Source: Naegleria gruberi
Lineage: Eukaryota
Direction: 5' to 3' (one strand)
DNA: 64,000 nucleotides
Assembly: GCA_000004985.1 (NCBI GenBank)
Contig: GG738857.1
The notes under the pieces are model-generated. The model was not told the origin of the DNA. It saw only the letters and a program-made list of their open reading frames with translations, and did no database searches. The position numbers and the translations under genes are program-made. Position 1 is the stretch's first letter. Each line of letters begins with the position of its first letter. Below, in pieces: positions 11,383-23,314 of this stretch.

Positions 11383-13071
11383 ATGTCTCTTCACTTTCCA
11401 TCTGCTTTGCCTGATAACTTTTCATCACAACACAAAGCATCAACGCCAGACTATCACACTCTCTCGTGGTATCAACAAGAAATACAATCCGAAACTGTTC
11501 GACAACAGAATAAAACAATTCCTACTCTTCCACCAAAAACCTCACCTAGAAGAGTCAACAAACATCCAGTCACTAATCATGGTTGCATAGTATTGGACAA
11601 TGGAACAGAAAATATTAAAATTGGTTTATCAGGAACTGATTTTCCACAATTTATTATACCAACCATCATTGGTAAACATCAGAAATATGCACATTACAAT
11701 ACCTATGGAGAAGATGCACTCCATGCTCAGAGAGAAGCTAGTAGCACCTCTCAGAAACGTAGATCTGAAACCAACCCTTCACCAAATTATCAATTCATTT
11801 GTCCAATTGAGAAGGGAGTTGTAATTTCAATTGAAGAGATGGAAAACTTTTGGAATCACCTTTTTAAAGATAAGATGAGAGTGAATTTGAGAGAAAATGG
11901 GGTGGTCATGAATGAGAATATATCCATTTATCATTCTTTGGAATCTATTGGAGCTGTAGAAAAGTATAGAGAAGATTTGACTCAATTAATGTTTGAGAAA
12001 TTTGAAATTCCATTTTTGTATATGGCCATTCCTCAAGTCATGTCTCTGTATTCGAAAGGAAAAACAAGTGGATTTTGTGTGGATATGGGTCATTCATTGA
12101 CGAGTGGTATTTCTGTGTTGGATGGTATTGCATATTTTCAAGAAAATCAATCGAATAGTTATCCTACCTCTCTGACTCTTTCTCCATCAGAAAAGACCTA
12201 TTTCAATATTAATATAGGAGGCAGGGAACTATCAGAACACTTCTCCAAACTCATTCAAGACAATCCTCTCAACAATAATTTAAGAATTAGCACAAGTGCT
12301 GAAAGAGAATTCATTGAAGGATTGAAGAAACGTTCATGTTACTTGGCCACTGATTTTTCAAAGGAAGTTGCTAAATATCCGTCACCATACGATGACCAAG
12401 CAGCTATCTCTCCCAGAGGTCAATTATTGGAAGATGATGCCTTTCAACTTCCTGATGGAAAAACAATTTGGATTGGAAAGGAAAAATTTGTCTGTTGTGA
12501 AATGTTCTTCCAACCATCTCTGTACAATTTATCAAATGTTCACTCCTCGAGTACAACCTGTGCTCCAATGACAAGGAGAGGCAGATCCAGTTCAATCAAG
12601 AGGAGACTCACTTTAACAAACAGTTCTAAGGAAATGATAACCAAAGGCATGCATGAAATGATTCATGAATCCATATCTAATTTCTCCTCTCCAGATAAGA
12701 ATGAAGAAGATTACATACCTATTCAAGAAACATTATTGGGAAATATTCATGTATTTGGTGGAACCAGTTTGATGAAAGGTCTGGAGAATCGTTTATTGAG
12801 AGATGTCAAGAGAGAGTTAGCTCTTAGAAAGAGAATTTCAGTTTCTCAAACCAAAGTCAAAGTATTTTCACCTGATTCTTCATCAACTTGTGCTTCGACT
12901 TGTGATTTGGAGAATAGTGCATGGATTGGATCATCGATTTTATCAAGCTTTAATGATTTTCTTAATATGGATCAAGATTCAAGTCAATTTTCACATAATT
13001 TTGCCATGACAAGACGAGTTTATGAAGAAGAAGGCGCTCAAGCCATTCACAAGTATTACAATACTTGTTAA
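11383..13071 (+). CDS. Actin-related protein (divergent ARP with long insertions, 562 aa)
   Basis: Actin-fold motifs align with actin: [31 protein letters not shown] vs [50 protein letters not shown] vs [21 protein letters not shown]; C-terminal [13 protein letters not shown]. ATG at 11383, TAA stop. Confidence 0.75.
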   Translation: [562 protein letters not shown]

Positions 13072-13281
13072 ATTATAAGTGATATTCTCATTACAATCAA
13101 TTTTGTAAATATATTTGTACATTTTTCACATGAAACGAGTTCTTTTAAACAATTCATAACATTAAACAATTTGCATTATCATTGTAATGCATCCACTGAG
13201 AATCTTTGAAAATCATGAAAATTCCACAAACAATTTCCATTCAAAATAAAAAAATTAAAATTTCACAACAATTAAAAAAAA

Positions 13282-14796
13282 ATGCAACAAGCTGGAAAGG
13301 GAATTTTTCATCAAATTTTAAAAAAACAATTTGCCTCTCATCATCTCGATCAAATCATCATCGGAGGAGAAGGAGGCCTGAGATGTTTTTCATCATGTCT
13401 CAACAAAACATCAGCAAAGGCTAAAATTTCCAAAAGAGCCACAGCCTTGGAAGAATCCATCTGGTCAACATACACTCCACTAGCTATTCAAACACAAAGT
13501 ATTAATTTGGCTCAAGGTTTTCCTGATTGGCCAGTTGATGATTTTGTTACACAAGCTTTTGCTAATCAAGCTTCTCAACCTTGTCATCAATATGCCAAAG
13601 CTCATGGTGATCCAGTGTTGATTAATGCTTTGCAAAGATTGTACAATGATAGATCATTGTCTGGATTTGAATATGGAAAGTATAGTCCTGATGAAATTTT
13701 GGTTACAAATGGTGCTTCCGATGCTCTTTATATTGCAATCATGTCAATTACAAATCCAGGAGATGAGGTTATTATTATTGAACCATTCTATGATGCTTAC
13801 AAGGTGAGTTTTTTGTGTTTTACATGATTGTGACTTGAATTTGTCAAGTCTGCTGTTGAATTGGCTGGTGCTAAACCAGTTTATATTCCATTGAGAGCTC
13901 CAGAAAAGGTAGGTGAAATAGTGTGGAAATTTAATTGACCATTAATAATATTTAACATGTAATAATTATCATCATCATGACATAAATAGTATTCGGATGA
14001 AAAAAGAAGTTCTCAAGAGTGGAAATTGGATTTGGATGAATTACGTTCCAAGATTACAAAGAAGACAAGAGCTATCATTCTCAATACTCCACACAATCCA
14101 ACTGGTAAAGTTTTTGATAGAAAGGAATTGGAAGAACTCTCACAAGTTGTTCTCCAACATAAGAATCTCTATGTTCTCAGTGATGAAGTTTATGAATTTT
14201 TGACATTTAACAGACCATATTGTGAAAGAATTTCTAATATTGACGGAATGTTTGATAGAACTCTTACCATTAGTTCAGTTGGTAAGACATTCTCAGTTAC
14301 TGGTTGGAAGATTGGTTGGATTTTGGGTAGTAAAAAACTCATGGATGCTTGTTACCTTGTCAACCAATATATCAAGTTCTGTATTTCAACACCACTCCAA
14401 AGATCCACAGCTGAATGTATTAATCATGCCATTGATAATGATTATTTCAATGTTGTTAGAAATAGATTGAGAGAAAGACGTGACTTGCTTTCAAACATGT
14501 TAATTGCCAACAATCTCAAACCACTCACACCTGAAGGAGGTTATTTCTTAATGACTGATGTTTCGAATGTTAAATTCCCATACGATCCAAATAATACTGA
14601 TACTAAGGATGTCCAATTCTGTAAATGGTTGCCCCAATCTGATGTTAGATTGGCTGCTATTCCACCATCTGCTTTCTATGGACCTGAAGACAAGCACTTG
14701 GCTAAGGAATATGCTAGATTCTGTTTCTGTAAGAAGGAAGATACTATTTTGTCTGCTGAAAAGCGTTTTGAAGTTCTCAAGAATTATACTTTATAA
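13282..14796 (+). CDS. Class I aminotransferase, kynurenine aminotransferase / glutamine transaminase K type; join(13282..13803,13849..13908,13990..14796)
   Basis: NLAQGFPDWPVDDF and the PLP-lysine motif SVGKTFSVTGWKIGW match the KAT/CCBL family. Two GT-AG introns (13804-13848, 45 nt, GTGAGT; 13909-13989, 81 nt, GTAGGT) keep the frame and restore conserved sequence. Confidence 0.8.
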
Positions 14797-14839
14797 ATCC
14801 TTGTCAAATATATTTGTTAATTCATTAAAGAATCGAATA

Positions 14840-15800
14840 TTAATCTTCATTCTTTAAATTTGATTCATCTTGTGGTTGTTTCAAATCTGCCACCAACAGA
14901 GAATTATCTGCTTCCTCTCCAATAGTGTCTCCATTGAAACTCTTCATTGCAATTCTATAATGTTCCTTAGCCCACTGAGATACATTCCAAAACACTCCAA
15001 CCAAATTGAAATATAATCCTCTATACAATGGAGGAACCACTTTACAATTTTCATAGAATTTTCAGAATTTCCTCCAAATCAATAATTCACTTACCCAAGA
15101 AATTAATAAAATTTGCAACTGGAACATATTTCATTCCATTCTGATGCACATCTCTAAATTCATTCTCAATTCGTTCCCTTAATTCTTTGGGAAAATTGTC
15201 AAATTTTTGATGGAATGCCTTTCCCTCCTCTTGTTCCTTCTCAAAATCATCAAATAATAAATCCAATGCACTCGTGGCAACAAAGAACATGAACGTAACC
15301 AATACTGAATAAGTAAATTGTTCCAGAACAACTCGTTTGGCACTCCATTTAAGGTGATCTTTTGAAAATTTGTTCATCCAATCCAAATGCAAGACTTTCA
15401 TCCACTTTTTAGAGTTTCCACTATTACCATTCAATGTTTCAGATGCAATATACTTGTTTAGGAAGGGAATTTTTCTGAATGGCAAAGTAATTGTCTGATG
15501 ATTCGTTGTTGAGTTTATCACAATTCTTGGTAGCATTCTATCCAGAGCTCGAAACCAAAAATGCAGAGAAGGACCAAGTAATATCGTCCCATAGGTAAAT
15601 AATTTTATGGAACGCAGTATTTCATGTGTATGGGAATCGACTTGTTTCGTCTCTCTATCCGAAATAAATTGTTTATGTTGAGTGAAAGCATCGGAAGTGG
15701 TAATGCAAACACCACAAGTGAGTCCTTTCGTTGTGATTGGATACTTGATGAGCATTTGTGAGTAGAAATCCCAAGATTTACGAAAGAAAGAGGTGGACAT
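14840..15800 (-). CDS. Mpv17/PMP22 family membrane protein; join(complement(15095..15800),complement(14840..15039))
   Basis: The pattern (W..Y...L...P...T, GPSLHFWF) and C-terminal VGVFWNVSQWAKEH are typical of Mpv17/PMP22. A 55-nt GTAAGT...AAG intron (15040-15094) joins the 237-aa ORF to the downstream 66-aa ORF in phase. Confidence 0.7.
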
Positions 15801-16080
15801 GCTTGTGTGAATTTTTTCTTCTGATTCTTTCGAACCATTTCGTTAACATTCAACTGATTTTCCTCCAATTTTCTCTAAAATGGAAATTTTAAAAAGGAGG
15901 GTCTATTGAAGGAGCAATGGATTAATGTAGCTTTGTTTCCATTACATGTATTTGCAAACATTAGTTTAATTTCCAATAATTTTAAAAAATTAAAAATGAA
16001 TTGATTCGAACTTTAGTTTAATTTCCAATAATTTTTAAATTAATTTATTAATGTCCAATGAATTCATTAAAATTGTGTAC

Positions 16081-16629
16081 TTAATTAGCAAAAGACAAGG
16101 CACAAACTTGATTCCTCATCACATAGTACACCTTTTGATCAACCAAAACTCTATACGAATAATCATCCTTAGCCGAAACATAAATTGGTTCACTCAAAAC
16201 CAAAGCAACTTGTCCAGCACTCAACAAACCTTGAGAAACTTGCACTGCAGCACTTGAAAACAAACTAGCTCCACCATTATTACATGATTTTACAACATCT
16301 CCACTTCTATAAATTCTGTCATATGCATTACAGGCATATTTGACAGATAAATATCCACTGACACCGAATGCATCGACATGATAATAACTCTCTCCACAGG
16401 AACCTTTGATTGGTAAGCTGGTTACATTGACACGAGTGAGAGGAGCTACGGAAATGTGAAAATCTTGGGAGCATGGTGTGTCGAGAATTGGAATGAAATT
16501 GTCCTTGGTTTCGTGTGGACACACTTCAAGGAATGAGAATGGGAGTTGGGCAGTGATGAAGGTAGTGGTGATGAGCAATGTAATGGCCAATAGAATGGAG
16601 AGTTTCATGTTAATGGTGAAGGAATGCAT
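16081..16629 (-). CDS. Secreted cysteine-containing protein (signal peptide MKLSILLAITLLITTTFITAQ)
   Basis: N-terminal hydrophobic signal sequence (second Met at 16608). 182-aa ORF, TAA stop. No family recognised. Confidence 0.45.
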   Translation of the reverse strand: MHSFTINMKLSILLAITLLITTTFITAQLPFSFLEVCPHETKDNFIPILDTPCSQDFHISVAPLTRVNVTSLPIKGSCGESYYHVDAFGVSGYLSVKYACNAYDRIYRSGDVVKSCNNGGASLFSSAAVQVSQGLLSAGQVALVLSEPIYVSAKDDYSYRVLVDQKVYYVMRNQVCALSFAN

Positions 16630-17021
16630 TTTGTGTTGTTTCTTTTTTGTTGTGTGAAAAATTCGAGTTGGGTTTTTGTTGCATCTTTCGAGTTTACTGT
16701 GAGAAAACGATGCTATCGAAGTGGGTACCAGATAAAGATGCGACCTTGAAAGTGGTTTACGGTTGTGTTGTAAGCTAAATGAGTTGCTAAATATGGAAGA
16801 GTGAATAGTTCAGAGATAATTGATGAAGGCGTGCAATATTTAAATGTTGGGTATTTGATTGATATTATGTGTTAAGCATGTTGTAATGCAATAGATTTTT
16901 CATTGATATTTTCACAACCATCTAAAAAGGAAAGAATGAGAGCTGAAGTGCAACTCTGCAACTTTGATATTCTCCGTATTACATATTACAGGTGTATTTG
17001 TAGATGTTAAAACTGTACAAT

Positions 17022-18554
17022 TTATAAACCTAAGAGTTTCTTGACTTCTGTAATCAATTTTGGATCACTGGATTGCAGAGCTTGCATACCTGGTCCAGAA
17101 GTAAATGTCTTGGCATCAGAGATGAGAGCTTGGGCAATTTCCTTAATTTCAGAGGAGCCAGATGTTGATGATTTGGCAATTCTGTACATGCTCAGAAGCA
17201 TCTTGTGGGCGACATCCTTACTCTTCTCTGCTGTAATGTATTCCAACATGGAGGAGAGTAATTGAATTTCTTCATCTGAGTTTTGGTGAGATAAATAGAG
17301 AGTGAGATTGCATGATAAACTGGCAGCAGTTAATCTGACACCTTCCAATTCTGAGCCCAACGATGTCGAAATGATATCAACAACTTTGGCTAATCTTGTT
17401 GAATCCTTGGTAATATATTTTACAGTGTCTGGTGTTAATGATTGTGCACTATAGTACTTGTCAAAAATGTTACAATACAATCTGAGAACCATCAATTGGG
17501 TTGGCATTGAACAGGAAGACCATTTAGAAACAAATCTCTCCTCAATAATATCCATCAATGCCTTGTGTTCACCAATAGTAATGGCCTTGGAAAACTTGCT
17601 TGTCAATACCAACAATCTGACCAAATCCAAAATTGGGAAGACTTCATTTTCCTTAGCTCCTCCAATTAATTTCTTCAACAATTCAAATGTTTCATTATTT
17701 ACAAGTGTGCTCTTGGTATCATCTTGTTGTGGTAATTGCAAGTATTGTTCCAATTGGTTCAAAACTCTAATATCTCCCTTCAATTCATCCAAAAGACTGG
17801 CCTGTGTTGTCTTTAACTTGGCAACAACTTGTGGCACATTGGATTTGTTATATTTGTAAATTTCAGCTGGATCATTATAGGTATCAATAGGTGGTGGAGT
17901 TGCTTGTGGAGTAGAATTAGAACCACCATAAGGATTATAATTTCCAGTATTCATTCCTCCCATGAATTGATTCATCATTTGTGACACCATTGGATTATTC
18001 ATCATTTGAGATAAAAATTGTGGATCCATCATATTGCCCATATTTCCCATATTTCCCAAACCACCAGGTAAACCTCCTTGTTGTTGTTGAGGGCTGGATG
18101 AACCACCCATCATGTTATCAATCATTGGTCTAACCATTTGTCCCAAAGGTGTTTCAAAGAATTCTCTTGGCAATCCTAAAATATCATCTGGAATATTCTT
18201 GCCCAAAAGGAAGTTTGAGCATTCATTGGAGAAATTATTACAATTATTTTCAAATAAATTATATTGATCCATTCTAAATCTCTCTGATCCGATAGCTTGA
18301 ACATATTCTTCAAAAAGTGGTTTTTGAATTTGAGTATCACCCAAATGAATTCTTCTCACAGGTTGTCCATACGGAGTAGTAAGAGGTTGCATCACTTGAA
18401 CACCTCCTCCGAAGAAGTACTCGCTACCATACACGACAATACTTGTATGCCAAATACCTGGAAAATGTTTACCAGTAAATTGTTGAGAAAATGTTGCTGC
18501 AAGACCCATGGAAAGATCATAGACATACAACTCGACTCGGAATGTTTGACTCAT
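17022..18554 (-). CDS. PPPDE (DeSI-type) thiol peptidase domain protein with Q/G/M-rich linker and C-terminal PUL/armadillo-like domain
   Basis: N-terminal PPPDE signature (VELYVYDLS..., HTSIVVYGSEYFFGGG, NNCNNFSN). C-terminal helical-repeat region resembles a PUL domain. ATG at 18554, TAA stop. Confidence 0.7.
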   Translation of the reverse strand: MSQTFRVELYVYDLSMGLAATFSQQFTGKHFPGIWHTSIVVYGSEYFFGGGVQVMQPLTTPYGQPVRRIHLGDTQIQKPLFEEYVQAIGSERFRMDQYNLFENNCNNFSNECSNFLLGKNIPDDILGLPREFFETPLGQMVRPMIDNMMGGSSSPQQQQGGLPGGLGNMGNMGNMMDPQFLSQMMNNPMVSQMMNQFMGGMNTGNYNPYGGSNSTPQATPPPIDTYNDPAEIYKYNKSNVPQVVAKLKTTQASLLDELKGDIRVLNQLEQYLQLPQQDDTKSTLVNNETFELLKKLIGGAKENEVFPILDLVRLLVLTSKFSKAITIGEHKALMDIIEERFVSKWSSCSMPTQLMVLRLYCNIFDKYYSAQSLTPDTVKYITKDSTRLAKVVDIISTSLGSELEGVRLTAASLSCNLTLYLSHQNSDEEIQLLSSMLEYITAEKSKDVAHKMLLSMYRIAKSSTSGSSEIKEIAQALISDAKTFTSGPGMQALQSSDPKLITEVKKLLGL

Positions 18555-18934
18555 TGTTTAACCTTCAATTAATAATAATATACTGTTATTTGATTAAATT
18601 TGAAAAACAAAAATTCGTCGTCGGTAAGATTCGAAGATGTTTTTGCTTTTTTTTTAAAATTTAAATTTAGAAAAGAAATCCGAGTCAAGTTTTGAGGTAA
18701 CAAAGTTTATGCGCTTAATTGTACGCTAGTGAATTTGAAAGAAAGTGGAATGGTTCAAGTCAATTGAATGGTTTTCAATCAAAAACATGGACATTTTGTT
18801 AAGGATTTAAATTTGGTTGTTCCTTTAATCATTAGAAATTTGAAAAACTGTAAATACTCATTTTGTGAGTTTCCTCTCTTGAGTGCCCTATTGATGAGTA
18901 ACCTTCTTAAACTCATACAAGTGATTTCATCATC

Positions 18935-18992
18935 CTCTATATGTACTGGATAGAAATCACTGCTTAGATTCTCTATATGTACTGGACAGGAA
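18935..18992. repeat. 22-bp imperfect direct repeat (ctctatatgtactggaYagRaa) with 36-bp period, in the divergent intergenic region between the PPPDE gene and the 19307 gene
   Basis: Seen directly in the sequence at 18935-18956 and 18971-18992. Confidence 0.5.
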
Positions 18993-19306
18993 TGAAGAAC
19001 TAACACTCAATACATTGTAATTGTCAGTAATATTGTCCTTGCTTTTGTTCGATTTTTGTTCGGGTTGCTTCACATCGATTAAGGACCAACCAACTAACGC
19101 CACTTCCAATTAATTAACCTTCTTAATATCAACGGTCATATAACCTCATAATCATGCGATGTTATTTTTCACCGCGTTTCATTCTTGCTTGTTTTTCAAT
19201 TTGTAAACTCACGTTAAAAAAAATACAATAACATCAACAACACCACATATCAACAACAACAACATGAGCAACAACAAAATCAAAACAAAACAAACAAGTA
19301 TTTTCT

Positions 19307-20068
19307 ATGGTCACCAACAAAACAGAAGTAACGTTTGAAGTATACAGGTTGAGCAAAAGTAAGAGGGTAGCTATGAATAAATCGTTGGAGAAGAATAACA
19401 ATACAAACAAAATACGTTTTGTTGTAGAGAAGGTTGATGATTTGAAAACAGCTAAACGCCAAGTAACAAACATTCTTGAAGGCAGTGAAGAGAGTAAGAA
19501 AGTGAACATACCATTAGAGAAAAGACAACAACTTGAATACTTTTTTGATACTTCCCTACCAACAATAACACTGCGTGAGATAATGGATGAAAAATATTCT
19601 GATGAATATTATGCAACAAGATACCTAAAGGTACTTCCGAGAACTATTGAGGAGGTAGTTATTAGAAATGCTCAGCCAGATACAACCCATAATGTCAAGT
19701 GGCATCATCAACATTATGTTTCTGTAACAGATGATCACGAAGCAAAGCTATTCTTTGATTATCAAATACAAAAGGCGAAACCATATAGCATTTTAAAAGA
19801 AGAGATGTTGATTGAGGGTGGCATTGCAAGGGAAGGAAGAATAGTTCCAAAGATAACATATCATTGGTTGTTTGCTGGAAATTATAGCCTTCCTCCTTTG
19901 TTTAGTGATAAGTGGTATGCATTTAAATGGAAGCATGATGGTATTTTATGGAAATTTGGAATTAATCAATTTAAATTAATTTACAAACCTGAAGAGAAGA
20001 TGATTAGAATTGAATTTGATTATTTCTGCTCTATGCTTGATGAATCTGTTAAATGGAATAAATATTAA
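19307..20068 (+). CDS. Hypothetical protein (253 aa)
   Basis: ATG at 19307, TAA stop. An upstream ATG at 19264 is in another frame and terminates quickly. No family recognised. Confidence 0.4.
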   Translation: MVTNKTEVTFEVYRLSKSKRVAMNKSLEKNNNTNKIRFVVEKVDDLKTAKRQVTNILEGSEESKKVNIPLEKRQQLEYFFDTSLPTITLREIMDEKYSDEYYATRYLKVLPRTIEEVVIRNAQPDTTHNVKWHHQHYVSVTDDHEAKLFFDYQIQKAKPYSILKEEMLIEGGIAREGRIVPKITYHWLFAGNYSLPPLFSDKWYAFKWKHDGILWKFGINQFKLIYKPEEKMIRIEFDYFCSMLDESVKWNKY

Positions 20069-20206
20069 ACAATTATTATAATTTAAATTATTCCTTTTAT
20101 TGTATAAAAAGGAGTTTGGTGATGGATTGGAGGATGAAAAGAATGAAAATGGAGATGTTGGTTGGTTATTGGAATTTTGGGAAGGATTGAATTGTTAAAT
20201 TATTTG

Positions 20207-20608
20207 TTAGTGGAGGTTGAGTTGAAGAGGATGAATATATATAGGAGGTGAGGAGTGTTGATTGTGTAATGCAAGTGAATTAAAATTATCTGGAAGTGGA
20301 GGTTGTAATAGGGAACTTGTAATAATATTAGAAGTCTCAGCAAGGATCTTCAATTCATTAAGAATTCTTTTGCTGTCATAAAGCAAAGAATCATAAGGAT
20401 GTCTTAAGCCACCATTAAATCCAAATGAAACATGACACTTCCTTCTTAAAGAATTTTTAGATTCAGATCCAATGTTTGACGTTGTTATGAATGATTCTTC
20501 TACTTCATCGAACACAATATCTGCATGTTGATGAATATGTAAATGTTCTGATATTCTTCCTAAAATATCTTTTATCCAAACCTTATTTAAATTCTTAAAT
20601 ATTAACAA
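20207..20608 (-). CDS. 3' exon of an unresolved multi-exon minus-strand gene extending toward about 21.5 kb
   Basis: The open frame has no in-frame ATG. It is immediately preceded (in transcript orientation) by the acceptor-like sequence ttttaatggttag. Upstream coding-like segments (for example SLFNGLLYVPLKMKTFFPMTIDVWYPHWF) lie in other frames. Confidence 0.25.
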   Translation of the reverse strand: MLIFKNLNKVWIKDILGRISEHLHIHQHADIVFDEVEESFITTSNIGSESKNSLRRKCHVSFGFNGGLRHPYDSLLYDSKRILNELKILAETSNIITSSLLQPPLPDNFNSLALHNQHSSPPIYIHPLQLNLH

Positions 20609-22499
20609 TGGCTCTTGATATCCAGTTTTCTTCCATTCTAACCATTAAAAGGATTGACAAACTTGTAATTGTTTGTTTTCTCGATGTGAACCAATGAGGA
20701 TACCAAACATCTATTGTCATTGGGAAGAATGTCTTCATCTTCAATGGTACATATAGTAGTCCATTAAACAAACTCTGATGTTTTTTTTAAAATGTTTGAA
20801 GTAGCTCTTTTCTTTTGTTCAATCAGCCAAAGTGTTTGTTAAGCCAATCAACATGAATGTGAAGTTATTAATATTAATACAAAACTGAAAACCAGTTGCC
20901 AAAATGCCCATCCATTGTTGTTTAACCACTATTCAAGCACTAAATCTCTGCCCCAAACGCAAGACATATGCCTCTGCGTTGAAATGGAAAGCATAGTTGT
21001 TTAGCACCTTGTTAGTGATGTTGTTTTAGTACAACTTGGAATAATTAAGCACTGATATAGTGAATGTTGATTGAAATTGTCTTTGTTTGAGTAATTGGAA
21101 CAGTTGATGAAGTAGTATACACTACAACACCTAAGGTAATGTTACTATTACCCCACAAAGATTACCCGCAGAAGCTTTGGACTACAATTTTGCACTCAGC
21201 AGCAATAAGAGTTACAAATGTCCTCCTTGCATCATATTTACGTGAATACTGAAACATAACATCTTAAACCAAATAAGCCCATGATTCTTGAAACGTAAAC
21301 CTAGAAGTTGAATAATAGGGTGGTAGTGTGACAACAAACAAAAAGTATATCTGAAATATCATTAGCCAGCTCAGCACTAGTGAACTTGGCATCTCGTATT
21401 GGATCGAACAAGTAGATTTCACTACTAGTAGCCAACTCTACATAGTAATAATACCCAGTGTCCTCTTTGGAGATATGATTCAATCATGATTGGAATGAAA
21501 ACACTGGTGTTGAATTGCACTCGAAACATTACAGCCTGAACAAAAGCATACAACATATTATTATTAAAAGTGGACAAAAACAACAGATATATGACTCATG
21601 CTACTTGTATAGATGAATTCTTTTTGATAGGGTTTTGGTTAAGGTTTGGTATTGAGAGTGGAATCACCAGCAGCATCTTTTGTTTGGTTATTGGAAATAT
21701 TAAAAAAGCCTCCACATATGCAATTACTGGAGCAACCAATACAAGTAGCCAGAAAAAGATCTATCACATTCAATGTGAAACATCACTGATTTCTAAATGT
21801 GCATTCTTTCAACATTGAATAGGGTGGGTTTGATTGTGGAGAAAGAATTTAATGTTGAGAAATATTTTGAACCCAACAATTACAATGCATGTTAACTTCT
21901 GAATAATTTCCTAATGATTTTTCAATATTGATATAAGTTGATTGCTGTCATGGCATCCTCTTTTTTTGCAAGATGGATAAGAATTATGTTAGTCGTTGAA
22001 AACCATCTGAATCATCAAAGTAAAACAATTACTTTACAATAGCTCCGAATACCTGATGTTGTTGAAAATCAACAGCCTGATCATTAGATATATTCTTCTT
22101 GGGTGAGAGATTGATTATATGAACATTGCCATCAATTATCAAACATTCAAGATAATGAAAAGAATAAATTGTCAATGCATAGTAGTTGAATGATCTTTCC
22201 TGTTGATTAATATGATGTACGGAAGAACAGAGTAAACAGAAAAACTTTGGACAGAAGGAAAAGGAATTAAAATAACGTCATCAACTCACAACAACAACAC
22301 TAATTATACTCCTACAAGAGGATGTATAAGTGTGTTATTATCAAATCAAGCCCACCGAGAGTGCTTTCATCTATTACTGTTGTGCTTCTCGAATAAAATT
22401 CGAGGTTAAAGTGTGGAGACATTTTTTTAATACAATTAAATTATTTATAAAAATTATTTAAAATTTAATGATTTTATTCTTAATACTTTTCTCTCCTCT

Positions 22500-23157
22500 A
22501 TATCATGGTTTTACCCCAAGTCTGCTCTATGAGTAAAGAATACAACGGAATATCTAAGATCATCTTTACCATGAGGTGATTCAACAGCATGTAAATTGTT
22601 CTTACCATCAAACAATAAAACATCTGCTGATTGAAACAATTAAACAATAGTATTGGTAATTGTTTTATTGTTTAATATTTTGTTGTTGGGCAGAATCAAC
22701 ACTGGTAGAATGAAATTCCGTCAAACAAAGTTTTATATCATACTATTGTCCATTTCCACAACAATGCCACATTGACAGTTTTCCAACTTTTCCATTAAAT
22801 CCAACGGTGAAAATTTGACTTGTCCTAATTTAATATATTAATTTCCACAAATAAAATTATTATATTGATATGGAAAACAACAATAATGTTGGTTGGTGAA
22901 ATGTTCTGATGATGATTCATCAACTTGTGATTTTTCATCACGAAAAATAAATTCCAAAATAATGATGAAAATACTCCAATAAAAATTACTATTATTACTA
23001 CTAAATTGATGTCTAGATGATGTGAAAGTTTGGTACTTTCTTGCTGAGAAACCACTTCGAAAATCAGCAAGGTGGCAAAGAGCCATTTTCTCAATTTTTT
23101 TACGAATATTTTGGTGGGGAATAACCTAACTTGAATCTTTCTACAATTCCTTGGCAA
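22500..23157 (-). CDS. Putative 2OG-Fe(II) oxygenase, AlkB-like, multi-exon; exon structure only partly resolved
   Basis: Minus-strand exons encode ...KLSHHLD (an HxD motif), ...PLDLMEKLENCQCGIVVEMDN, then after a GTATGA...CAATCAG intron ...DVLLFDGKNNLHAVESPHGKDDLRYSVVFFTHRADLG* (second His plus R-x-S-x-x-F-x-x-R, typical of AlkB-type dioxygenases). Confidence 0.3.
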
Positions 23158-23314
23158 ACTTGTGAAACATCAATAGTAAAGAAGGCAAAATCATATGCAA
23201 CCTTTTTGATATCTCTACTCATTTCCCTACCATCGACAAGAGCATTGAAATTATAATCCAAACGATTACTGAAACACTATTCACAATTCTCAAAAACACT
23301 GTCTTTGACCAATA

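Noticed and set aside
16081-16629. Assignment of the small secreted protein to the cerato-platanin / DPBB (barwin-like) family
   Set aside because: The Cys spacing and conserved motifs do not match on inspection. Left as unassigned secreted protein.
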